Assembly: GCA_963844865.1 (NCBI GenBank)
Contig: CAWJPY010000020.1
Location: forward strand, 48,298-112,297
Direction: 5' to 3'
Source: an uncultured Holophagae bacterium
GTDB taxonomy: Bacteria > Acidobacteriota > Thermoanaerobaculia > Thermoanaerobaculales > Sulfomarinibacteraceae
Length of the DNA: 64,000 bases
The notes below the pieces were generated by a model. It was not told the DNA's origin. It saw nothing but the letters and a program-made list of their open reading frames with translations, and did no database searches. Positions within the stretch are counted from its first letter, which is position 1; each line of letters begins with the position of its first letter. Of the stretch, positions 55,236-64,000 are shown piece by piece. A program made the position numbers and the translations under genes.

Positions 55236-57880
55236 GGAGCCTCCCCTCCCTCCTGGTCGTGGCGTGTGGCGGCCAGAGCATACTCCAAGGCTTGCTCCGG
55301 CACGATCTCGCCGTCCGCGATGGCGTCCCGGGTGCGGCGGAGGGCGAGCCCCACGTGAGGGCCGGGAGACACCCCGGCCGCCAGCAGGTCCTTCCCGCTC
55401 ACGGGTGGTTTGAGCCGGACCGCCGTCACGAGCGCGTCGGCGACGCGACGGCGGAGCTCCATCTCGAGTCCTGCCATGGCCAGCAGCACAGCCTCCGGGC
55501 GTTGCCGCTCCACGACGCCCACCAGGAGGGAGCGCAGCACGGCTCGGCGTGCGGCGGCCCGAATCACGGCCACGCTCGCGGGCAGCTCGAGGATGCGCCG
55601 CCGCTGATCGCCGGCCAGGGACAGGCGCGCCGCCAGTCGCCGCTCGGCGCCGGGGGCGGCGTGGAGGGCGAGGCCGCCGAGCATGAGGAGCCAGGGCAGG
55701 GGGGAGGGGCCCAGCCCCTCCAGGAGATACCAGTGGAGCTGCCCCTCCAGGGCGAAGAGATAGGAGCGGGTGTCCTCGGTCCACGCAACGTCGGGCACGA
55801 TGGCAGGCAGCACCTCCAGCTCGGCGAGCAACGCCACCGCCCGGGTGGGATGGGGCTCGTCGAGCAGATGAGCCAGCTCCCGGCGCAAACGTTGGCCCGA
55901 GATGCGGTCGAACACCCCTTCCCGGACCGCCGTGCCGATCAGGTGGCGCGTGTCGGAGGCGATGGTGAAGCCGAGCCGCCGGGCGTAGCGAACGGCGCGG
56001 ATGGCCCGGGTCGGATCGTCGATGAACGACAGCGAGTGCAGGACTCTGATCTCCTTCTTCTGCAGGTCCTTGCGCCCGCCGAAGAAGTCCACCAGTTGGC
56101 CGCGCCTCTCCCCGGAGAGGCCGACGGCGAGGGCATTTACGGTGAAGTCGCGACGGTACAGGTCCTGGCGGATGAGGGAGGTGGCCACCTCGGGCAGCGC
56201 GGCCGGGGTCCGGTAGAACTCGGTGCGCGCCGTGGCGACGTCCACCCGGTTGCCGTCCGGGAGGATCACCACGGCGGTGAGGAAGGGTGCGTGGGGGTGG
56301 CAACGACCCTGGCAGGCTTCCGCGAGCGCCTTGCCGTAGGCGATGCCGTCGCCCTCCACCACCAGGTCCACGTCCTCGTTGGAGCGCCCGATGAGGAGGT
56401 CGCGCACCATGCCCCCCACCAGGTAGACCGCGGTCTGCTGGCTGTCGCCCACTCGCTGAGCGATGCGCAGCACGTCGCGCACCCAGGGGGGGCCGACCTC
56501 GTCGAGGAGGCGGCTCACCCGCTGGGTGACGGGCCGGGCCCCGGCCATGCGGTGGTCCAGCGAGGCGCCGCGGGTGCGCTGGCCTTCGAAGAGCCGCCGG
56601 AACAGCTCCATCCGGGTGACGATGCCGACGGGGCGATCCCCCTCCTGGACCACGACGAACCGGTGCGAGCGCTCCAAGAAGAGGTCCCGGAGCTGACGCA
56701 ACGGCGTGGTCCCGGCCACCGTGGGCACGTCCGGCTGCATGACCGCCGTCACCGGCCGGCCACCCATGCCGTGGCTGACGGCGCGGTCCAGGATCTGGCG
56801 GGTCACCATGCCCGTGAGCTCACCAGTCGTCGGGTCGCGGACCGGCAGTGCGTTCACCCGGAGCTGGTTGATCCGCTCCTTGGAGGCGTCCACCGTGCTG
56901 CCGGCGTCCACCGTGAAGATGTGCCGGACCGCGATGTCGGCGGCGGAGACCGGAGGCGGCATCTCCTCCTCGAGGAGGTGCAGCACCTCCTCCCGCAGCT
57001 CCACCGGCATGCGCCCGGTGACCCTCGCCGACGCCGCGGTGGGGTGGCCGCCGCCACCGAGGCGCTGGGCGACACGTCCGACGTGCAGGCCCTCCAGGCG
57101 TGAGCGCAGGATCAGGTTGACGTGGGGCGGACGCACCAGCATCACCACGCCCACCGGGATCTCGAACGTCTCCATCCAGCGGTGGACGACGTACGCCGCC
57201 TCCTCGTGGTAGCGCTCCACGTCCACGATCGCCAGGGAGACCGGGACCTCGTGGACCACGATCTCCTCGGAGGCGTCGACGATGGCGTTCAGGAGCTGGA
57301 GCTGATCGGGCGCCAGCGTCTTCATCACCCAACGCCGCACCCATTCGAGAGAGCCGCCCTGCTCCAGGAGGCGGGCCACGACCCGGAGGTCGGCGGGCGT
57401 GGTCTCGCGATAGGCGAGGCCTCCGGTGTCCTCGTAGATGCCGAGGAGCAGCAGCGAGGCTTCCTCGGGGGTCGGGGGGAGCCCGCTCTCGTCCAGGAGC
57501 TGGGCGACGATGGTGCAGGTGGCACCCACCGGCCGCGACACGACCTCCCGGGCACCGAGCTGATCGGCCTCGGTCACGTGGTGGTCGATGAGTGTGACGG
57601 GACAGTCGTCGCGCCGGATGAGCTCCCACACCTCGCCCAGACGGGCCGGGCTCCGGGTGTCCACCACCACGGCGTGCTCGAGGGTCTCCCGGCGCGCCTG
57701 GCGCAGCTTGAGCTCCGGGTAGGGGAAGTTGGTGTCGGCGACGAAGCGGCGCACAGCCGCCTCCTGGGATCCGGGGAACAGGACCCGGTAGCCGGGGTAC
57801 AGGCGCACCGCACAGACCGCGGCGGCGAAGGCGTCGAAGTCTGCCGACAGATGGGTTGTGATGACCCGCACGGGGCTCAT
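55232..57880 (-). CDS. multidomain tRNA nucleotidyltransferase/poly(A) polymerase family protein (DHH-DHHA1, CBS pair, CCA-adding head)
   Basis: LIDHHV, GGGGHPTAAS, two CBS-like segments, GGMVRDLLIGRSNEDVDLVVEG and RRDFTVNALA. Confidence 0.8.
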   Translation of the reverse strand: MSPVRVITTHLSADFDAFAAAVCAVRLYPGYRVLFPGSQEAAVRRFVADTNFPYPELKLRQARRETLEHAVVVDTRSPARLGEVWELIRRDDCPVTLIDHHVTEADQLGAREVVSRPVGATCTIVAQLLDESGLPPTPEEASLLLLGIYEDTGGLAYRETTPADLRVVARLLEQGGSLEWVRRWVMKTLAPDQLQLLNAIVDASEEIVVHEVPVSLAIVDVERYHEEAAYVVHRWMETFEIPVGVVMLVRPPHVNLILRSRLEGLHVGRVAQRLGGGGHPTAASARVTGRMPVELREEVLHLLEEEMPPPVSAADIAVRHIFTVDAGSTVDASKERINQLRVNALPVRDPTTGELTGMVTRQILDRAVSHGMGGRPVTAVMQPDVPTVAGTTPLRQLRDLFLERSHRFVVVQEGDRPVGIVTRMELFRRLFEGQRTRGASLDHRMAGARPVTQRVSRLLDEVGPPWVRDVLRIAQRVGDSQQTAVYLVGGMVRDLLIGRSNEDVDLVVEGDGIAYGKALAEACQGRCHPHAPFLTAVVILPDGNRVDVATARTEFYRTPAALPEVATSLIRQDLYRRDFTVNALAVGLSGERRGQLVDFFGGRKDLQKKEIRVLHSLSFIDDPTRAIRAVRYARRLGFTIASDTRHLIGTAVREGVFDRISGQRLRRELAHLLDEPHPTRAVALLAELEVLPAIVPDVAWTEDTRSYLFALEGQLHWYLLEGLGPSPLPWLLMLGGLALHAAPGAERRLAARLSLAGDQRRRILELPASVAVIRAAARRAVLRSLLVGVVERQRPEAVLLAMAGLEMELRRRVADALVTAVRLKPPVSGKDLLAAGVSPGPHVGLALRRTRDAIADGEIVPEQALEYALAATRHDQEGGEAP

Positions 57881-57910
57881 TGTAGGGCAGAGCGCGGCGG
57901 CGCCGGGCGC

Positions 57911-58861
57911 TCAGAGGCGGTCGAGAGCGTCAGTCATCGCGCGACGCAGCGCGCGGGCGTGGAGGACGACGGCGCCCACGTGGGACGTGGCCACCACCCG
58001 GAGCTCGGATCCCGGCCAGTGGCGGTGGATCTCCCGCGCCGAGCTCGGACGGACGATGGCATCGTGGCGGGCCCCCACCAGGATCGCGGCGGCGGGTCGC
58101 CGCGGCGGGGGCAGGTCCAGGACGTCGCCCCGGGCGAGGAGATCCCGCATCTGAACCCGCGCGTCGCGCCCCAGCTCCCTCTCCAGGGCGGGCCAGTCCA
58201 CGGCCCGCGACAGCATCCCGTCCACGAAGACCTCGGCCGGGCTGCGGGAGGGCAGGCAGGGCACCACCGAGATCTCCAGGGGGCTCAGCGCGGCCGCCAT
58301 GGCAGCCACCTGGGCCCCCATGCTGACCCCGGTGACCTGGATCCGCGCGACGCCGGCGCCGGCGAGCCAGGCGATCAGCGCCAGCGCCTCCTCCATCGCG
58401 GCCCGGGCCATGACCGCCAGGTCCGCCACCGTCGTGCCCGGCCCCCGGGAGGGACGTCGCGCGCCGTACATGGGGTTCTCGAGGATCAGGGAGGCGACGC
58501 CGCGGCGCAGCAGCGGCCGGGCGAAGAGGCGACGGCGGCGGGCGAAGCCTTCGTCGCCGCTGGCCGCCAGGTGCAGGCACACGGAGTGGGCGCCGAGGGT
58601 GGGGGACGGGCTCCACAGCTCCACCAGGGCAGTGCGGGAGGCCTCGGGGAGACGTTCGGCCAGGGGGCTGGGGAGTGAGCCGCGGCGCACGAGTCCGCCC
58701 GGGACCTGGTTGTCCGGCTCCCATTGAAGCGCAATGGGGGCCGCTCCTTCGATGGGAGTGGGGGAGAGCGCCCAGTCCAGGACCTTCCGATCACCGAGCC
58801 CTCGGCTGAAGAACGGGCGCCGGGCGGTCACCAGCGCGGCGATCAGGTCCAGGAGCGCCAT
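57911..58861 (-). CDS. alpha/beta hydrolase (ABHD18/DUF2048-like guess)
   Basis: 316 aa from ATG 58861 with nucleophile elbow GVSMGA. Confidence 0.55.
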   Translation of the reverse strand: MALLDLIAALVTARRPFFSRGLGDRKVLDWALSPTPIEGAAPIALQWEPDNQVPGGLVRRGSLPSPLAERLPEASRTALVELWSPSPTLGAHSVCLHLAASGDEGFARRRRLFARPLLRRGVASLILENPMYGARRPSRGPGTTVADLAVMARAAMEEALALIAWLAGAGVARIQVTGVSMGAQVAAMAAALSPLEISVVPCLPSRSPAEVFVDGMLSRAVDWPALERELGRDARVQMRDLLARGDVLDLPPPRRPAAAILVGARHDAIVRPSSAREIHRHWPGSELRVVATSHVGAVVLHARALRRAMTDALDRL

Positions 58862-58896
58862 GCCCGATTGTAGGGCGATCTTCTCCCGCGTCCGAG

Positions 58897-58970
58897 AGCA
58901 GCGACGGCGACCGCGATCCGCGGCAGCGACAACGTCAGCGATCAGCGTCGGCGGCAGCAGTCGGCGGTCT
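58897..58970. repeat. Z arm (CAGCG sense)
   Basis: gagcagcgacggcgaccgcgatccgcggcagcgacaacgtcagcgatcagcgtcggcggcagcag. Confidence 0.6.
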
Positions 58971-59009
58971 CGCGCATCCGAACGAGCGGGACACGGGCAC
59001 CGAGAGAAC

Positions 59010-59097
59010 GGCGCGTCCCTCGGGCGTGCCATTGGCGACACTTTTCCGAGGTCTCGGGGAGGGCGCGGGGAAGACTTCGCGTCGCGAGAGGTGTCGC
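59010..59097 (-). repeat. Y element copy 8 (reverse; 5' arm of the long stem deleted)
   Basis: The reverse complement keeps gacacctctcgcgacgcg.. and GGAAAAGTGTCGCCAATGGCACGCCCGAGGGACGCGCC. It lacks GCCACCGCTGACAC. Confidence 0.7.
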
Positions 59098-59115
59098 TTC
59101 GGATAAGCCAGAGCG

Positions 59116-59181
59116 GGTGCCAGGCAGCATTCGGATGAAGCGATGTGGGTGCTATCGAATGAAGACGGGGTGCCTGGCACC
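59116..59181 (-). repeat. X element copy j (subfamily 1, reverse)
   Basis: GGTGCCAGGCAgc, then attcggatgaagcgatgtgggtgctatcgaatgaagacgg, then GGTGCCTGGCACC. Confidence 0.8.
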
Positions 59182-59210
59182 GGCTTTGGCGTCGCGAGGT
59201 GCATCGACGG

Positions 59211-59223
59211 CGTGCCTGGCACC
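59211..59223. repeat. solo X-type palindrome (cGTGCCTGGCACC) with trailing ctgtctggtgctcccg
   Basis: It is the reverse complement of the cgggagcaccagacagGGTGCC module seen at 201-227. Confidence 0.75.
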
Positions 59224-59241
59224 CTGTCTGGTGCTCCCGAA

Positions 59242-59276
59242 GGGAAAGAAAAGACCCGGGCGGATGCCCGGGTCTT
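59242..59276 (-). terminator. rho-independent terminator of groESL
   Basis: The minus strand reads AAGACCCGGGC-atcc-GCCCGGGTCTT followed by TTCTTTCCC, ~25 nt after the groEL stop. Confidence 0.75.
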
Positions 59277-59299
59277 GGATGTCGGAATCGTGAACGGGA

Positions 59300-61352
<2,053 letters not shown>

Positions 61353-61501
61353 GGGTTGGGTCGCACTTTTGATAACTTGGCACTCAGATCCCGGCCCGCA
61401 TCCGGGAGGGAACGGGTCCCTTCGGCCGCCCGCCACCAGGGCCACTCACCGGGGGAGATAGGGTATGGTGACCGCGTGCGAGGATCTGGTAGGAGGTGGA
61501 T

Positions 61502-63436
61502 ATGCGAGCTCGTCGGTGGTTCGTGGTGTCATTGGTTGCGGTGGTGAGCGTGGGATCGGCGCAGGCCGCCCTGTCCGAGCTTCCTCCCTACAGACCGGAC
61601 GGCAACGCGGAGCGCGGGAGCATACCGGCCGTGTACCGGTTCGATCTCGGCGCCCTGTATGAGTCGGACGAGGCCTGGGCGACGGCGCTTGCCGACGCCA
61701 AGCAGGGGCTGACCGAGCTCGCGGCCTACCACGGGAGGCTCCACGACCCGGAGGCCCTGGCGACCTACCTCGACCGCTACTTTTCACTGGAGCTGGCCAT
61801 CCACCGGCTGACCCTCTACGCCAACCTCGAGCAGGTCACCGACACCACCGACCAGCGGGCCATGGCCCGCCACCAGACCGCACTCAACCTCACCGACGCG
61901 ATCATGAACGAGGGCACGGTGATGCGGGAGGCGATCCTGGCCCTGACGCCGGCGGAGGTGGAGAAGGCCTATGAGCAGGCGCCAGGGTTGAAGCGCTTCG
62001 AGCCGGCGATCGCCGAGCTGAGGCGGCGGGCGGACCGGGTGCTGGACCCGGAGGCCGAGCGGGTGCTGGCGCTGGCCGGAGACAACCTGTGGGCCGCCAT
62101 CGACCTCAACGAGCTCCCGTCCGACAACGAGCGGGCGTTCCAGTCGTTGATCTCGGAGATGCCGCTGCCCTCCATCGCCGACGGGCAGGGCAACCAGGTC
62201 CAGCTCACCTTCGGCAACTATCCGCTGTACCGGGCGGCGGCCGATCGCCGGGTGAGGCGAGAGGCGGTGGCCGGGGTGTTCGGGAGCCTCAAGAAGTTCG
62301 AGAGCACCTTCGCCGCGGCCCTGGCGGGACAGGCGCGCCGAGACGTGTTCATGGCCCGCGCCCGTCACTACGACACCGCTCTCGAGGCCTACCTGGACAA
62401 GGACGACATCGATCCCCAGGTCTATGAGAACCTGATCGCGACGGTCCGCGCCCACGCCGACGCCCTGCATCGCTACGTCGCTCTGCGCAAGCGGGTCATG
62501 GGCCTGGACGATCTCCACATCTACGATCTATACGTGCCCATGGTTGAGGGAGTGGACAAGGACCTTCCGTTCCCAGGGGGGGCCAAGCTGATCCTGGAGG
62601 CGCTGGCGCCCCTCGGGCCCGAGTACCTCGAGACCGCCGGTCAGCTCATCGATCCCAACAACGGCGCCATCGACGTCTATCCATCCGCCCACAAGGAGAG
62701 CGGCGCGTTCTCGTCGTCGGTCTACGGAGTCCATCCCTACATCAAGCTCAACTACATGGATCGCTACGACGACGTCTCGACGCTGGCCCACGAGCTCGGG
62801 CACGCCGTGCACAGCGAGCTGGCCGACTCCCATCAGCCCTACCTGACGTCCCGCTATGTCCCGTTCCTGGCCGAGGTCGCGTCCACCTGCAACGAGATGC
62901 TGCTGTCTCAGTACATGACCGCCCACGCCGACTCCAAGGCCGAGCGCGCCTGGTTGCTGTCCGAGCTGGCCGAGACCATCCGCACCACCATCTACCGCCA
63001 GACCATGTTCGCGGAGTTCGACCTCGCCGTGCACAAGCTCGCCGAGGCGGGTGAGCCGATCACGGCGGAGCGCCTGGACGGCATCTACGGTGACCTGGTG
63101 CGGTCCTACTACGGGCCAGGCTTCACTGTCGACGCCGACGACAGCGTCGAGTGGGCCTACATCCCCCACTTCTACTACAAGTACTACGTCTACAGCTACG
63201 CCACCGGCCTGGCCTCGGGCATCGCCATCGCCCAGCGCGTGGCCGACGACGTGCCGGGTGCGCGGGAAGGCTACCTGGGGATGCTGGAAGGGGGCAGCTC
63301 GAAACCGCCGCTGGAGCTGCTGAAGGGCGCCGGGGTCGACCTCACCAAGCCCGACGCCATCGCCGCCGCCCTGGACCTCTTCGACCGCACGGTGACCGAG
63401 CTTGGGGAGTTGCTGCAGGAGAAGGAGCAGCGGTAG
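61502..63436 (+). CDS. pepF: M3-family oligoendopeptidase F with signal peptide
   Basis: MRARRWFVVSLVAVVSVGSAQA, a zincin HELGHAVH motif, and TAGGAGGTGG before ATG 61502. Confidence 0.85.
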   Translation: MRARRWFVVSLVAVVSVGSAQAALSELPPYRPDGNAERGSIPAVYRFDLGALYESDEAWATALADAKQGLTELAAYHGRLHDPEALATYLDRYFSLELAIHRLTLYANLEQVTDTTDQRAMARHQTALNLTDAIMNEGTVMREAILALTPAEVEKAYEQAPGLKRFEPAIAELRRRADRVLDPEAERVLALAGDNLWAAIDLNELPSDNERAFQSLISEMPLPSIADGQGNQVQLTFGNYPLYRAAADRRVRREAVAGVFGSLKKFESTFAAALAGQARRDVFMARARHYDTALEAYLDKDDIDPQVYENLIATVRAHADALHRYVALRKRVMGLDDLHIYDLYVPMVEGVDKDLPFPGGAKLILEALAPLGPEYLETAGQLIDPNNGAIDVYPSAHKESGAFSSSVYGVHPYIKLNYMDRYDDVSTLAHELGHAVHSELADSHQPYLTSRYVPFLAEVASTCNEMLLSQYMTAHADSKAERAWLLSELAETIRTTIYRQTMFAEFDLAVHKLAEAGEPITAERLDGIYGDLVRSYYGPGFTVDADDSVEWAYIPHFYYKYYVYSYATGLASGIAIAQRVADDVPGAREGYLGMLEGGSSKPPLELLKGAGVDLTKPDAIAAALDLFDRTVTELGELLQEKEQR

Positions 63437-63512
63437 TGACCGTAGCAGCGGCGGCGGTCAGCGACGGCGTCAGCGGCAGAGAACGGTGACAGCGAGGAGC
63501 GGCGGGCAACGA
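63437..63512. repeat. Z arm (CAGCG sense), left of Y copy 5
   Basis: gtagcagcggcggcggtcagcgacggcgtcagcggcag..gacagcgagg. Confidence 0.6.
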
Positions 63513-63513
63513 C

Positions 63514-63656
63514 GTGACGCCTCTCGCGACGCGCCGATTCTGTCGGCGCCTTCGCCGAGGTTGCCACCCCAGACGATGTTTCGAAGCCAGCGTTCAGCCA
63601 GGGCCGGTCGTCCCGCACCCGAACATCGTCGGGAGTGGCACGCCCGAGGGACGCGC
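63514..63656 (+). repeat. Y element copy 5 (variant arms with full compensatory replacement)
   Basis: Arms are TTGCCACCCCAGACGATGTTTCGAA and GAACATCGTCGGGAGTGGCA. The flanks are conserved (gcgccgattctgtcggcgcc..ccgagg and CGCCCGAGGGACGCGC). Confidence 0.85.
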
Positions 63657-63671
63657 AGTCCTCGGCGGCGC

Positions 63672-63800
63672 CTCACGGGCGCTGCCTGCTGATTGCTGAT
63701 TGCTGCCCGTGCTCTCTGCCCCGGCCGCTGCGTACCGGCGCTGCCCACTGCCGCTGTGCGTGAACGCGGATGCGGGCGCGGGCGTGGACGGGGGAGGGAG
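63672..63800. repeat. Z arm (CGCTG/GCTGCC sense), right of Y copy 5, with end motif gcggatgcgggcgcgggcgtggacggggg
   Basis: gggcgctgcctgctgattgctgattgctgccc..ccgctgcg..gcgctgcccactgccgctgtgcg. The end motif resembles 1040-1078 and 18095-18118. Confidence 0.55.
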
Positions 63801-63885
63801 CGCGACGATCGGGCGGACGTGTCCGGCATCACGGTTTGTTGTAGCTGGCGTATCACGTTGTCGGCTGAGGACATACACTGGACAG

Positions 63886-64000
63886 GTGAGTGCAGTGGGC
63901 TTCGGGGAGCGCGCCCGTCAGGAGGCGGAGCGCTACGGCACCGATCCCTGGGTGTTCGTCCGCGAGCTGCTCCAGAATGCGCGCGACGCGGGGGCCCGCA
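63886..64000 (+). CDS. 5' end of a GHKL/HSP90-like ATPase-family gene (partial, runs off the window)
   Basis: VSAVGFGERARQEAERYGTDPWVFVRELLQNARDAGAR. ELLQNAxDA is the Bergerat-fold N-box. The start codon is uncertain. Confidence 0.45.
   Translation, partial: MSAVGFGERARQEAERYGTDPWVFVRELLQNARDAGAR

Overview
GC-rich bacterial chromosomal window. The gene content looks Gram-negative (LpxC, a sigma-54 enhancer-binding protein, chaperone-usher-like pilus genes, an IPTL-CTERM surface protein, groESL with CIRCE). The phylum cannot be fixed from sequence alone. I can support about 45 protein-coding genes. These are mostly housekeeping or metabolic: AbfD-like dehydratase, amidase, SthA, FATP-like acyl-CoA synthetase, MazG, CinA, RsmD, a DHH-CBS-CCA enzyme, GroES/GroEL and PepF. 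There is also a signalling and surface block at 35-53 kb with two histidine kinases, a CheY-like regulator, an NtrC-type activator, two large secreted proteins, a pilus-like operon, a PilZ protein and a REC-LpxC fusion. No tRNA, rRNA or CRISPR array was recognised. Three things stand out. (1) Almost every intergenic gap over 100 bp is filled by a modular repeat system. It has 67-bp X elements bounded by the palindrome GGTGCCWGGCACC (10 paired copies plus solos). It has ~130-nt Y hairpins with conserved mismatches, a variable apex and compensatory arm changes (8 copies). It has CAGCG/CGCTG-rich Z arms and 13-bp tandem units. These modules nest as palindromes around three copies of a four-helix-bundle (23S rRNA IVS protein / Avd-like) gene cassette, and X elements have replaced part of two of those copies. 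(2) An orphan PPDK-type dikinase has a ~900-aa unknown N-terminal region and no PEP/pyruvate TIM barrel, and it is followed by an atypical GAPDH-like gene. (3) Frameshifts are very patchy. Two regions (30.4-33.0 kb and 45.8-49.8 kb) change frame many times while keeping conserved residues, whereas long neighbouring genes are intact. That pattern fits local consensus errors better than old pseudogenes. All coordinates were derived by hand from the printed sequence and may be off by 1-3 nt. No database search or folding computation was possible.
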